DNA of 64,000 bases from Rickettsiales bacterium (GCA_021299465.1 JAJTHB010000022.1:25256-89255); one strand, 5' to 3'; shown: positions 52,483 through 62,659, counted from the stretch's first letter. The notes: generated from the letters alone by a model not told the origin. Program-made: numbers and translations.

Positions 52483-53655
52483 ATGACGATGATTACTGCA
52501 CGTCTTAAAAAAGGCAAAGAAGCTGCGATTAGGGGTGGTTTTCCATGGATTTATCGCGGTGATGTGCTGGAGTCATCCGAGTGGCTGCTGGCGGAGGCGG
52601 AGAGCCTCGCGCGGGTAGAAGATCATAAGGGTGCGCTGGTTGGTATTGCCACGCTGAATCCAGCCTCCACCATCACCTGCCGCGTACTCACACTCAAAGA
52701 TGAGGCGATCGATGAGGCGTGGTTTGCGGCGCGGTTTAAGGCGGCGCTTGCAAGGCGCGAAAAGCTTTTTGAGGAGCCGTATTATCGCCTGATTCATTCC
52801 GAAGGCGATATGATTCCTGGCCTGCTGGTGGATCGCTACGGCGATACCTTAGTCGCGCAGGTCGGCACGGCGGGGATGGAGCGGCTGCAGAAGGTCTGGA
52901 TGAGTGCGCTGGAAAGATTGGTTTCGCCAAAAGCCGTGGTGCTGAAGAATGATAGCGGCGCAAGGAAGCTCGAGGGGCTAAAGCAGGAAGTAACACTTAC
53001 TGGCGGAGAGCTTGCTGGTCCCATTAGACTCGTTGAAAATAATGTCACCTACCTTGCGGATTTAATTCATGGCCAGAAAACCGGCTGGTTTTATGATCAG
53101 CGCGATAACCGTCGCATGGTGGCTGAGCTCGCCGCCGGAAAAACGTTCCTTGATGTCTATTCTCATTCCGGCGGGTTTGGCCTGCTTGCGGCAAAGCATG
53201 GCGCGCGCGCAACACTGGTGGATAGCTCAAAGCTGGCGCTGGATCTGGCGAAAGAGGCGGCAGCGATCAACCAGCTTTCAGTGGAGGTGGTGCAGGGCGA
53301 TGCCATCCGCGTCATGCAGCAGCTCCACGCAGAGGGCAAGCGCTATGAGGTGGTGAGTGCTGACCCGCCGGCCTATGTGAAAAGCAAAAAAGATATTGCT
53401 GCTGGCATGAAGGGCTATGCCAAGGTGGCGGCGCATGCAGCGGCGCTGGTGGCACCGGGCGGGCTTTTGTTTGTGGCCAGCTGCTCGCACCATGCCTCGC
53501 GCGGGGCGTTTAACAAGGCGGTGCTCGAAGGCGTAAAAAAAGCGGGTCGCACTGCTGAGATTGTAAGGCAAACCGGCGCATCCGCCGATCACCCGCGCCA
53601 CCCACAGCTACCGCAGAGTGAATATTTAAAAGGGCTGTTATTAAAAGTTGTGTAG
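52483..53655 (+). CDS. rlmI: PUA-domain class I SAM-dependent rRNA (cytosine-C5) methyltransferase, RlmI-like
   Basis: 390 aa. The N-terminus LKKGKEAAIRGGFPWIYRGDV is PUA-like. It has the SAM-binding motif VLDVYSHSGGFG and DPPA. Confidence 0.8.
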   Translation: MTMITARLKKGKEAAIRGGFPWIYRGDVLESSEWLLAEAESLARVEDHKGALVGIATLNPASTITCRVLTLKDEAIDEAWFAARFKAALARREKLFEEPYYRLIHSEGDMIPGLLVDRYGDTLVAQVGTAGMERLQKVWMSALERLVSPKAVVLKNDSGARKLEGLKQEVTLTGGELAGPIRLVENNVTYLADLIHGQKTGWFYDQRDNRRMVAELAAGKTFLDVYSHSGGFGLLAAKHGARATLVDSSKLALDLAKEAAAINQLSVEVVQGDAIRVMQQLHAEGKRYEVVSADPPAYVKSKKDIAAGMKGYAKVAAHAAALVAPGGLLFVASCSHHASRGAFNKAVLEGVKKAGRTAEIVRQTGASADHPRHPQLPQSEYLKGLLLKVV

Positions 53656-53721
53656 ATGAGATAAATTTTTTATCTTACGATTTATTATGTATCGCATGAC
53701 AATCACCAAGCAGGGGAACCT

Positions 53722-53952
53722 ATGAAGAAAATACTATTAATGCCGGCGCTTTTACTTTTTTCTGCATGCACGACCCCGATGACTACACTGCGTCATGGCA
53801 AGACTGAGCAGGTGGTGACTTGTGGCGGCAGTGCGACTGGATCTATGGTGGGCGGCGCTATCGGTTATCATATCCAAAAAGATAACGATAATGACTGCGT
53901 AAAAAACTACGAGAAGCAAGGCTTTAAAGTTATCGATAAAACTGAGAAATAG
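53722..53952 (+). CDS. small lipoprotein
   Basis: 76 aa with a GGGGAA SD and lipobox LFSAC. Confidence 0.6.
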   Translation: MKKILLMPALLLFSACTTPMTTLRHGKTEQVVTCGGSATGSMVGGAIGYHIQKDNDNDCVKNYEKQGFKVIDKTEK

Positions 53953-53961
53953 GCGGCATCC

Positions 53962-54366
53962 ATGCTCAACGAATTTAAGTCATTTATCATGCGCGGCAAT
54001 GTGCTCGACCTTGCGGTCGGTATCATTATCGGCGCGGCCTTTACCGGTATTGTGAATTCGCTGGTGGCGGATATCCTGATGCCGCCGATCGGGATGCTCA
54101 TGGGCGGTATCGATTTCAAAGATTATTTTATCAACATGTCGGGCGGTGAGCATGCTACGCTTGCAGCTGCCAAGGCTGCCGGCGCCGCGACGATTAATTA
54201 TGGCCTGTTTCTCAATCAGGTGATCAATTTCCTGATTGTTGGCTTTGCGATTTTCATTTTGATCAAGAACGTCAATCGTATCGTCAAAAAACAAGAAGCG
54301 GCTCCTGCAGCGCCGCCGCGCAGTGAAAAACTGCTTGAAGAAATCCGCGATCTGCTTAAAAAGTAA
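53962..54366 (+). CDS. mscL: large-conductance mechanosensitive channel
   Basis: 134 aa. [23 protein letters not shown] is the canonical MscL N-terminus. Confidence 0.9.
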   Translation: MLNEFKSFIMRGNVLDLAVGIIIGAAFTGIVNSLVADILMPPIGMLMGGIDFKDYFINMSGGEHATLAAAKAAGAATINYGLFLNQVINFLIVGFAIFILIKNVNRIVKKQEAAPAAPPRSEKLLEEIRDLLKK

Positions 54367-54389
54367 GTGCTATAAAAACAGGGAGACGA

Positions 54390-54417
54390 AAAAGGCGCTG
54401 GTCACCCAGCGCCTTTT
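54390..54417. terminator. bidirectional terminator between mscL and putA
   Basis: AAAAGGCGCTGG-TCAC-CCAGCGCCTTTT has A/T runs on both sides. Confidence 0.8.
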
Positions 54418-57400
54418 TTATTTCTTCATCAGCAGTTCCAGATTCCCGCCGATGGCTGCGACATTGATGGTGGTGGTGCGTTCGGTGAGGAATTTTTGCA
54501 GGTAATGCGGCCCGCCCGCTTTCGGCCCTGTGCCCGATAAACCTTCGCCGCCAAAGGGCTGCACGCCGACCACTGCGCCGGTCATGCTGCGGTTTACATA
54601 GAGGTTTCCGGCGCGGATGGCGCGCGTGAAAAACTGGATATGGTCATCGATGCGGCTGTGCAGGCCAAAAGTGAGGCCATAACCGCTGCGGTTAATCTCA
54701 GCTGCAATCTTTTTAAGTTCGCTGCCCTTAAAGCATACCACATGCAGCACCGGGCCAAAAATTTCCTTTTCCAGCACGTTCATGGACGCAATTTCAAACG
54801 CATGCGGCGTGACAAAATGGCCGATATCGTCGGACGGCGTAGCTGCGGCGATCAGCTTCGCTTCACGTTTCATGCGCTCAATGTGCGCTTCCAGCATCCG
54901 CTTGGCATCGGCATCAATCACGGGGCCAATATCCGCCGCAAACTGCGAGGGGGTGCCGACATTCAGTTCGGCCATCGCGCCTTTCAGCAGCGTAAGCAGG
55001 CTGTCCGCAATTTCTTCCTGCACATAGAGCACACGCAGCGCCGAGCAGCGCTGCCCCGCGCTTCCAAACGCGGAGAGCACAATATCATCCACCGCCGCTT
55101 CGAGCAGCGCTGAAGAATCCACCACCATCGCATTCATGCCGCCGGTTTCGGCAATGAGCGGCACGATTGGCCCCGATTTGGCGGCAAGCGTGCGGTTAAT
55201 GATTTGCGCTACTTCCACCGAGCCGGTGAAAACGACTCCGGCGATACGCGGATCATTAACCAGCGCCCCGCCGATAGCGCCATCGCCGTAAACAAGTTGG
55301 AGTACATCTTTTGGAATGCCTGCTTGATAAAGCAAATCGGCGGCGAATTTGGCGATGATCGGCGTTTGCTCCGCCGGTTTGGCGACGACGCTATTACCGG
55401 TTGCAAGTACGGCTGCGACTTGGCCAAGGAAAATAGCGAGCGGAAAATTCCACGGGCTGATCGCGGCAAACACACCGCGCGGATGAAGACTTAAGTGATT
55501 GGATTCGCCGGTGGGGCCGCTGAGTGTTTCATCTTTTCCAAGCAGCTTTCGTGCATGCAGCGCATAGTAGCGGCAGAAATCCGCCGCCTCGCGCACTTCG
55601 CTGATGGCATCGGGGATGGTTTTTCCTGCTTCATGCACCAGCAGCGCCACCAGCTCGTTGCGCTTTGTTTCGATAAGATCGGCCGCTTTTTCGAGCATTG
55701 CCGCGCGCGCATCCACGCCCTCAGATGCCCAAGCTGAAAAGGCAGCCTCTGCGCTGCTGACTTGCTGTTTCACTTGATCCATCGTGCTATCCGCCGGCCT
55801 TCCAAGGCGCTGGGCGATGTCGCAGTGGCGCGCCAGTTCACGTTCCAGTGGCTCACGCAGATGCAGGTAGCCACTATCGATGCCGCTGGAATTTTTGCGG
55901 TCAGGATAAAGGTGAAGCGGCAGGGCAAGTGTTTCGGTGGTGACGGTCGCTACACTGATGGCGCGCGGGTCGGCGAGCAGCGTATCGAGGCTTACTTCCT
56001 GATCCATCAGCAGATTGACAAAGGAGGTGTTCGCGCCGTTTTCAAGCAGGCGGCGAATGAGGTAGGCAAGCAGATCTTTATGTTCACCGATCGGGGCATA
56101 GATACGCGATGCGTAGCCATCCGCCACGATCATGTCATGCAGCTTTTCGCCCATGCCGTGCAGCCGCTGGAATTCAAACTGCGAGGGCGTGAGTTTATAA
56201 CGCTCGGCGAGCACCTGAATGCTGGCGATAGTGCGCGCATTATGGGTGGCGAATTGCGGGTAAAACGCGTGGCTGTTTGAAAGGATTTTATCGGCGCAGG
56301 CGAGGTAAGAAAGATCGGTATGCTGCTTCTTCGTAAAGACCGGATAGCCGGAAAGTCCCATCACCTGCGCGTGCTTGATCTCGCTGTCCCAATACGCGCC
56401 TTTCACCAGCCGCAGCGGTATGACACGACGGTGTTTCTGCGCGAGCTCAGCCAGCCAGTCGATCACATGGAAGGCGCGTTTCTGGTATGCCTGAAGCACA
56501 AAGCCGACACCGTTCCAGCCGGCAAGCTCCGGCTCTGCCAGCAGCTCTTCAAACAAAATCATTTCGATATCGAGTCGATTTGCTTCCTCGGCATCAATCG
56601 ATACCGCGATGTGATGTTTCTTCGCCAGCAGCAGAATCTCTTTCAGGCGCGGCTTCAGCTCAGCCAGCACGCGGCCGCGCTGGCTTAAGCTGTAGCGCGG
56701 GTGTAGCGCCGATAGCTTTACGGAAATGCCGGCATTGGAAAGCAAGCTTTCTTCGTTTGCACCATGCCCCACTTTTGCAATCGCGTGGTGATAGGCGGCG
56801 ATGTAGTGCTGCGACTGGGCATCGCTGCGCGCGCCTTCGCCCAGAATATCGTAGGAAAAGCGGTAGCCTTTTTTCGCCCAGCTGCTGCCATTTGCGATGC
56901 CGGATTCAATGGTTTCGCCGAGCACGAACTGGCTGCCGATGAGTTTCATCGCTTGCCGAAGCGCGGTGCGCACCACCGGCTCGCTGACTTTGGAGGCCAG
57001 GCCTTTGAGGGTAGCGGTGATGCCGCGTGAGGTGTCATCGCCAAAATCCACCACCGTGCCAGCCAGCAGCAAGCCCCAGCTGGAGGCGGAGACCAGCCAT
57101 GATTCGCTGTCTTTCGCGTGGCTGCGGAAATCGCGGCCTTCAAACGTATCGGCGATGAGTTGATCGGCGGTCTTGCTATCGGGGATGCGAAGCAGCGCTT
57201 CAGCAAGGCACATCAGCGCCACGCCCTCGCGCGTGCTCAGGCTGTAGGTGTGGAGGAACGCTTCCATGCCGTGACCTGCACCGCCTGCGCGAATCGCCTC
57301 GGCGTAGCGCCGCGCGCGCGGCATGATCTCGGCCTCCAGCGATGCCAGCGGCTTAGTCGCATCCAGCAGATGCTGAGCGCACTTCGCCTCATCCTGAAAG

Positions 57401-57471
57401 GCTAGCGAACTGATGGAGGAGATGGTTTCCTTAGCCATAGAATTAGATATGATCGCCATGTTTGATTTCAT
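54418..57471 (-). CDS. putA: bifunctional proline dehydrogenase / L-glutamate gamma-semialdehyde dehydrogenase
   Basis: ATG 57471 (MKSNMAII, GGAAG SD) is preferred over TTG 57483. About 1017 aa. The aldehyde dehydrogenase half has ETGGMNAM and GQRCSAL. No N-terminal RHH DNA-binding domain is evident. Confidence 0.9.
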   Translation of the reverse strand: MKSNMAIISNSMAKETISSISSLAFQDEAKCAQHLLDATKPLASLEAEIMPRARRYAEAIRAGGAGHGMEAFLHTYSLSTREGVALMCLAEALLRIPDSKTADQLIADTFEGRDFRSHAKDSESWLVSASSWGLLLAGTVVDFGDDTSRGITATLKGLASKVSEPVVRTALRQAMKLIGSQFVLGETIESGIANGSSWAKKGYRFSYDILGEGARSDAQSQHYIAAYHHAIAKVGHGANEESLLSNAGISVKLSALHPRYSLSQRGRVLAELKPRLKEILLLAKKHHIAVSIDAEEANRLDIEMILFEELLAEPELAGWNGVGFVLQAYQKRAFHVIDWLAELAQKHRRVIPLRLVKGAYWDSEIKHAQVMGLSGYPVFTKKQHTDLSYLACADKILSNSHAFYPQFATHNARTIASIQVLAERYKLTPSQFEFQRLHGMGEKLHDMIVADGYASRIYAPIGEHKDLLAYLIRRLLENGANTSFVNLLMDQEVSLDTLLADPRAISVATVTTETLALPLHLYPDRKNSSGIDSGYLHLREPLERELARHCDIAQRLGRPADSTMDQVKQQVSSAEAAFSAWASEGVDARAAMLEKAADLIETKRNELVALLVHEAGKTIPDAISEVREAADFCRYYALHARKLLGKDETLSGPTGESNHLSLHPRGVFAAISPWNFPLAIFLGQVAAVLATGNSVVAKPAEQTPIIAKFAADLLYQAGIPKDVLQLVYGDGAIGGALVNDPRIAGVVFTGSVEVAQIINRTLAAKSGPIVPLIAETGGMNAMVVDSSALLEAAVDDIVLSAFGSAGQRCSALRVLYVQEEIADSLLTLLKGAMAELNVGTPSQFAADIGPVIDADAKRMLEAHIERMKREAKLIAAATPSDDIGHFVTPHAFEIASMNVLEKEIFGPVLHVVCFKGSELKKIAAEINRSGYGLTFGLHSRIDDHIQFFTRAIRAGNLYVNRSMTGAVVGVQPFGGEGLSGTGPKAGGPHYLQKFLTERTTTINVAAIGGNLELLMKK

Positions 57472-57495
57472 AAAAACTTCCAAAGTAACAAGCGA

Positions 57496-57509
57496 ATGCT
57501 AGCAGGAGA
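57496..57509 (-). promoter_or_regulatory. conserved 14-mer in the putA leader
   Basis: TCTCCTGCTAGCAT (minus sense) ends 24 nt upstream of the putA ATG. An identical 14-mer at 58560-58573 has identical spacing to another ATG. Confidence 0.4.
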
Positions 57510-57647
57510 ATTGAATTTGTAAATTCTAGTAAAGTTGACGCGAGTTTGTATTAAAAAAACCAGAAAACAACATAATCATTTAGATTGTATAAAATGAATA
57601 TTTAATATATTTTAATGAAATTATTTTTTACATATGTAGGGGTTACT

Positions 57648-58379
57648 ATGAGTGAAATTAAATCCATACAAGATCTTGAAAAACTCAAACAACAAATATC
57701 CACCGTACGATTAAAATGTAAACGTAAAGCAGAATACAAAAAAATGGGTTTCTTTGAACGCCTTCGGGAGGGTGGTTCGGTACCTCTAGAAGATGATTGC
57801 AATCGCCACAATGAGTCAGCGTATCAAGATTTGCCTCAAGAGGTCGTTGTTAGTCCGGAGATAGCACAATTACTCATAGCTTTGTTTACTGATCATGTAA
57901 AAGAAAACAAGGCTTTAGATGATAAAGAAAAGCTAATGGCCTTTAAAACTGCAGGCAAATTTATAACAACTGTAATTTTTCCAAATCCTTTGTCTTTAGG
58001 CTCACTTGCTCTTGATGGAATAAAAGCTCAAAGAAACCTCGGGAAAGACGAAGGGATGGATGAATTATTAAGAAAAGCCGATATTAATATGAAAGAGGTT
58101 CTGGGTTCCTACCAACTTACTAAGAAAGATGACGGTAGTTTTGTATTAAAACGCGGGGCATGGAGTGTGTATTTCGAAGAAAAAGTTCACTCAGTTGGGC
58201 CTATGGGAAGTAAGGTTTCTACTCAGGTACATTTTTCAGCACTAAAGAATATCGGTGTTGATAAAAAACTATTACCTGCTGAGCAACAAAGTACGATAGA
58301 CAGTTTTGAAAGATTTCCAAATCGTTCTATGACTATGGGACGTTGGGAAGGGCGCTGGGAAGAAGAGCTTTCTAGATAA
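57648..58379 (+). CDS. hypothetical protein in an AT-rich insert (orphan)
   Basis: ORF with ATG 57648 (MSEIKSIQ, GGGG upstream). The alternative start is 57615. Composition is visibly AT-richer than the flanks. Confidence 0.55.
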   Translation: MSEIKSIQDLEKLKQQISTVRLKCKRKAEYKKMGFFERLREGGSVPLEDDCNRHNESAYQDLPQEVVVSPEIAQLLIALFTDHVKENKALDDKEKLMAFKTAGKFITTVIFPNPLSLGSLALDGIKAQRNLGKDEGMDELLRKADINMKEVLGSYQLTKKDDGSFVLKRGAWSVYFEEKVHSVGPMGSKVSTQVHFSALKNIGVDKKLLPAEQQSTIDSFERFPNRSMTMGRWEGRWEEELSR

Positions 58380-58535
58380 CTAAATCGATAGATCACTCTC
58401 AATTTGACGAGAATTTAGCGTCGTACCCAGTAAGTTGCTGACAGCGACTTCAGCCTGAAAAGCCAATCTGCTGATGGTGTTGATACTGACCTGCTGTGCG
58501 GAGAAGGGGGAATGTTTGGCGGTGGTTATTTTCAT
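58380..58535 (-). pseudogene. diverged duplicate of the putA 5' end (51-codon remnant)
   Basis: The product is MKITTAKHSPFSAQQVSINTISRLAFQAEVAVSNLLGTT. It aligns with the PutA N-terminus MKSNMAIISNSMAKETISSISSLAFQDEAKCAQHLLDAT. It has the same leader 14-mer and the same 24-nt spacing. Confidence 0.45.
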
Positions 58536-58559
58536 GCGAACCTCAGAACGAAGGTATGC

Positions 58560-58573
58560 ATGCTAGCAGGAGA
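58560..58573 (-). promoter_or_regulatory. second copy of the putA-leader 14-mer
   Basis: TCTCCTGCTAGCAT (minus sense) ends 24 nt upstream of ATG 58535. Confidence 0.4.
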
Positions 58574-58593
58574 TTTTAAGGCGGTAAATGATG

Positions 58594-59589
58594 TTATCGT
58601 GTGGCCATCGGCGCAGATGGCGGAGTGATTTCCAAGCGCTGTGACCAGCTGGCCGGTTTCCCTGATACGATGTGTGCCTCGTCTAGTTTTTGATGCAGCA
58701 GTTTGGCAATATCGGCCGCTGATTTTTTGATTTCAGGCTGTGATGAAATGAAGCCAGAGACGTTATGTATCAACGCTTCCTGAACTTCTCTGGGTTGTGC
58801 GTTAATAACTGAGGCCGCCGTTTCTGCTAGTGCTGAGAGGATAGCTTCTTTTCCATCATCACCAGCACCGCTGCTGTCGCGCGAAGATATAGCAAGCAGT
58901 GAGTTGGCAAATACATAACTCGCCGCAGTCAGATAGCGAGCGACATAGCTTTTATTTCCTTGTTTATGTTTTCTGTAAGCTTCTGCAAAGAGCGGCACGT
59001 TATTAGCAAGATACAGAGCGCCTGAAACACGTAGTGGTTTTTGCTGCGCGCTTTCCCATAATTTGCCCAACATACCGCTGGCGGGATGGTCAGCATCGGG
59101 CTGCTTTTCCTGAATAAGTAGTCCCGCTAACGCTCCTGCCGTCACCAAAATGCCACTCGCCACGTCCATCTTGTTGTGTTTTTTAATGCCGCCGACGAGT
59201 GTCATGGCGCCGCCAAGCGCATAAAAGCTATTCAGCAACTCTGATGGGTTGGCATACAGGAATGATTGTATGTGGTGGATGATTCCGTGCTGCTTGGTTA
59301 ATTCTTCTGTGGTTGGATTTCTAGGAATGGCAACCGATTGCTTCCTGAGATACTGCCCGAGGCGTTCTTCTAAAAAACATAGCTGCTTCTCAGCGGATGG
59401 ATTGCCAAACGTCGCAGCCGCAAGACCGCCAGCTGCCCATATTGCAGCGCCGCCCAAGCCGTGCTTATCCCCTTCCTGATGCTTGGCGATCGCAAGTGCG
59501 GCGTCGCCAGCCAGATAACTAAAGCCGGCAATTTTCAGGCTTTGCTTTTTCAGGCCTGCTAGCTTTGAAGTTGGTTTTTCTTCTTCCAT
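58594..59589 (-). CDS. hypothetical membrane-associated protein (orphan)
   Basis: 331-aa ORF with Gly/Ala-rich hydrophobic segments (GGAAIWAAGGLAAATFG, ASGILVTAGALAGLLI). No family recognised. Confidence 0.6.
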   Translation of the reverse strand: MEEEKPTSKLAGLKKQSLKIAGFSYLAGDAALAIAKHQEGDKHGLGGAAIWAAGGLAAATFGNPSAEKQLCFLEERLGQYLRKQSVAIPRNPTTEELTKQHGIIHHIQSFLYANPSELLNSFYALGGAMTLVGGIKKHNKMDVASGILVTAGALAGLLIQEKQPDADHPASGMLGKLWESAQQKPLRVSGALYLANNVPLFAEAYRKHKQGNKSYVARYLTAASYVFANSLLAISSRDSSGAGDDGKEAILSALAETAASVINAQPREVQEALIHNVSGFISSQPEIKKSAADIAKLLHQKLDEAHIVSGKPASWSQRLEITPPSAPMATR

Positions 59590-59691
59590 TTGTCAATCAT
59601 ACCAATTTCGCACTTTCCCGTATACAGCGGGATTGTTACAGTTTAGTGTCAGTGGTCTAAGCTAAAAACAAAGTATTACAGGGAGATAGCC

Positions 59692-61068
59692 ATGGTTGAA
59701 ACCATTATTGCGTCGCTGGTTGGCGTGCTTTCGGCGGTGCTGTTCTTTGATATTGGCGGGTTTCCGTTTATCGTGTTGTGGCTGGTGGTGGCCGCGTTTT
59801 TCTTCACTTTTTACCTGCGCGGTGTGAATTTCCGGCTGTTTCGCCATGCCTGCCAGATTGTGGCGGGCAAGTTTGATAAGCATGATGACGCAGGCGAGGT
59901 GAGCCATTTGCAGGCGCTGCTTTCGGCGCTTTCGGCAACGGTCGGCCTTGGCTCGATTGCGGGGATTTCGGTGGGCGTGGCCATCGGCGGGCCGGGCGCG
60001 ATTTTCTGGATTGTGGTGGCCGGCCTGCTCGGCATGGCCACGAAATTCGCTGAGGTGACGCTCTCCATGTGCTACCGCCGCATTGACAGTGATGGCAAAG
60101 TGTTTGGCGGGCCGTTTGAGTATATCAAAGGCGGGCTGAATGATATTGGCAGACCGGCGCTCGGCAAATTCCTTGCAATCGTGTTTGCGATTTTCTGCCT
60201 CGGCGGCGCGCTGGGCGGTGGGAATATGTTCCAATCCAACCAGGTGGTGAAAATCATGACCACCACGTTTGAGCCACTCAAAGATCTCGGCTGGCTGGTG
60301 GCGCTTGCCATGGCACTGCTGGTATTCTTTGTGCTGATCGGCTCCATCAAGCGCATCGCCAAGGTGGCAGAAAAAATGGTGCCGCTCAAAGGCATTCTCT
60401 ATCTCATCTGCGCGCTCATCGTGGTAGCAGCGCATATCGACCAGCTGCCGGCAGCGCTTGCGCTCATCATCTCCGAAGCCTTCACCGGCAGTGCCGCGCA
60501 GGGCGGCTTCATCGCGATGATCGCGATTGCCTTTAAGCGTGCGAGTTTTGCGAACGAAGCAGGCCTCGGCTCGGCGCCGATTGCCCATGCCGCAGCGAGA
60601 ACCACCGAGCCGGTGCGCGAGGGGGCAGTAGCCTTGCTGGAGCCATTTTTTGCGGCGATGATCGCGCTGCTCACCGGCCTGATGGTGGTGATCACCGGCG
60701 CTTATGTCGGCGCGACGGCAAATGACGGCGTGGCGATTGCGGGAGCCGCTTTTGCCAGCGTCGCGCCGTGGTTTACCATCTTACTTGCCGCCAATGTTTT
60801 CGTGTTCGCCTACACCACCACCATCGGCTGGAGCTATTATGGCGAGATGGCGTGGAGCTACCTGTTTGGCCGCAAGCAAATACGCCTCTACCAGCTGATT
60901 TTCTGCGCCGCGACCTTCCTCGGCGGTATCCTGCATTTCGGCGTGGTGCTGGATTTTTCGGATCTGCTGATTCTCGGCATGGCGCTGCCGAACCTGATAG
61001 TCGTTTATATGCTGCGCGGGCGGATTAAAAGCGAGATGGAAAATTATATTCGCAAGTATCAGCTCTAG
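59692..61068 (+). CDS. alanine/glycine:cation symporter (AGCS family)
   Basis: 458 aa, multi-TM. GPGAIFWIVVAGLLGMATKFAEV is typical of AGCS transporters. Confidence 0.9.
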   Translation: MVETIIASLVGVLSAVLFFDIGGFPFIVLWLVVAAFFFTFYLRGVNFRLFRHACQIVAGKFDKHDDAGEVSHLQALLSALSATVGLGSIAGISVGVAIGGPGAIFWIVVAGLLGMATKFAEVTLSMCYRRIDSDGKVFGGPFEYIKGGLNDIGRPALGKFLAIVFAIFCLGGALGGGNMFQSNQVVKIMTTTFEPLKDLGWLVALAMALLVFFVLIGSIKRIAKVAEKMVPLKGILYLICALIVVAAHIDQLPAALALIISEAFTGSAAQGGFIAMIAIAFKRASFANEAGLGSAPIAHAAARTTEPVREGAVALLEPFFAAMIALLTGLMVVITGAYVGATANDGVAIAGAAFASVAPWFTILLAANVFVFAYTTTIGWSYYGEMAWSYLFGRKQIRLYQLIFCAATFLGGILHFGVVLDFSDLLILGMALPNLIVVYMLRGRIKSEMENYIRKYQL

Positions 61069-61087
61069 TGTTATAGCTGCCCGCTGT

Positions 61088-61164
<77 letters not shown>

Positions 61165-61167
61165 TCC

Positions 61168-61235
61168 GTCAATCCAGCAAGCTTTGCTTGCTTGGGATTG
61201 ACGAGATCCTCGTCACTACGCAAGTAGTGACGGGA
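61168..61235. repeat. double hairpin element downstream of tRNA-Arg
   Basis: It reads GTCAATCCAGCAAGC-TTT-GCTTGCTTGGGATTGAC then CGTCACTAC-GCAA-GTAGTGACG. It may terminate both the tRNA and the convergent mlaC-like gene. Confidence 0.65.
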
Positions 61236-61264
61236 AGCAAAGATGAATAAGATTAAATCGCTAT

Positions 61265-61891
61265 TTACTTCTTAGCGGTTACTTCGGCGCTTAGGGACTT
61301 GCTGGCAAGTTTGCCTATCAGCTCGTCGATGCCCTTGTTGTTTAAAATCGCGCCGAATTCGGAGCGCTGGGTGGTGATCATGCTCACGCCCTCAACGATC
61401 ACATCAAAAACCTTGAAGCCGCCCTTGCCAGCGCGTACGCGGTAATCCACCGCGACCGGCTCAGCGCCTTTATCACCGGTTTCCATTTTCATGCTGATGG
61501 TAAATTCGCCGTCGCCGGTTTTCTTCGCATCGGTCACCGCAAATTTGCCGCCGGAATATTCCGCAAAACGCGATGCATAATGGGTGACGACAAAATTTTC
61601 ATATTCCTTCAAATAGCGCTGCTGCTGCTCCGGCGTTGCGGTGCGCCAGAAACGGCCCATCACAAAACGACCCACCCATGCAATATCGACGTTAGTGGAA
61701 AAGATTTTTTCCAGCTTTTTTTGTTTTTGATCTTTGGATGTTTTATTTTCCTTGATGATGGCGATGGCCTGATTGCCAAGCGACTCAACATATTTGGAAG
61801 CCTCAGCCTCGCTGGCAGCGCGCACCGGAACCGAAAACAAGACTGCCGCGCTCATCAGCGCGGCAGTGGCTAAACGAAGAATGGATGTCAT
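61265..61891 (-). CDS. mlaC: MlaC/Ttg2D-like periplasmic phospholipid-binding protein
   Basis: 208 aa with a signal peptide. It has the Ttg2D-like motif VGRFVMGRFWRTATPEQQQRYLKEYENF. It is adjacent to mlaA. Confidence 0.75.
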   Translation of the reverse strand: MTSILRLATAALMSAAVLFSVPVRAASEAEASKYVESLGNQAIAIIKENKTSKDQKQKKLEKIFSTNVDIAWVGRFVMGRFWRTATPEQQQRYLKEYENFVVTHYASRFAEYSGGKFAVTDAKKTGDGEFTISMKMETGDKGAEPVAVDYRVRAGKGGFKVFDVIVEGVSMITTQRSEFGAILNNKGIDELIGKLASKSLSAEVTAKK

Positions 61892-61897
61892 AATCTA

Positions 61898-62659
61898 CTA
61901 ATTATCAACTTTCTCTAGGGATTCTTTACGTGCTTGCTTGGCGCGTTTGATTTCACTCGCACGGCGCTGCTCATAGCCACTTTTGAAGGTGGTGTAGGGA
62001 TCAAGCGAGGTGCGGAACACATCGTCGATCAGCGTCATGTTGCGCGAGCGCGCATCGACAGCGGTGACACCGGCCTTCACCATGTTCACGCCATCATCGA
62101 CATAATTGAATGGGTCCATCGCCATATCGGCCACGCGGCCAATGCCGTCGCGTACGTTCGATGGGCCAAGGATCGGCAATACCAGATAGCTACCGGAATC
62201 TGCACCGTAAATCGCAAGCGTCTGGCCGAAATCTGTTTCGCGCGGCTTCAGCGGAATTTCACTCGCCACATCAAACAAACCACCCATACCAAAGGCAGTA
62301 TTCACGAAAAAGCTCCAGAAGGATTTAAACGTGTTCTGAGCATCAAGCTGGAGCACGGAATTTGCCATGTTGACCGGCATGCCAAGGTTATCAATGAAGT
62401 TTGAGACCAGCTCACGGCCTTTTTCCGGCGTGACTTCACGGTAAAGCTGGGTGACGGGCTTGAGTGCCATCGTGTCCACCGCCTGGTTGAACTGGAAAAT
62501 CGCGCGGTTCATCGGCTCGAGCGGATCATCATTCGCGGCCAGCTGGTCGGGATCTGATTGACCCTGCGGTGCATGGCTGCAAGCGGCAAGTGCAAGCATA
62601 CCAGCGCAAGCGGCAAGCCTTAATGCAGAGCGGACAGATAATTCATAGTGGCAAAACAT
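61898..62659 (-). CDS. mlaA: MlaA/VacJ family outer membrane lipoprotein
   Basis: 253 aa with lipobox LAAC and the VacJ motif DPLEPMNRAIFQFN. Confidence 0.85.
   Translation of the reverse strand: MFCHYELSVRSALRLAACAGMLALAACSHAPQGQSDPDQLAANDDPLEPMNRAIFQFNQAVDTMALKPVTQLYREVTPEKGRELVSNFIDNLGMPVNMANSVLQLDAQNTFKSFWSFFVNTAFGMGGLFDVASEIPLKPRETDFGQTLAIYGADSGSYLVLPILGPSNVRDGIGRVADMAMDPFNYVDDGVNMVKAGVTAVDARSRNMTLIDDVFRTSLDPYTTFKSGYEQRRASEIKRAKQARKESLEKVDN

Noticed and set aside
59662-60588. A 308-aa minus-strand ORF opposite the AGCS symporter gene.
   Set aside because: The plus-strand product is a clear multi-TM AGCS transporter. The antisense product is highly basic low-complexity sequence.
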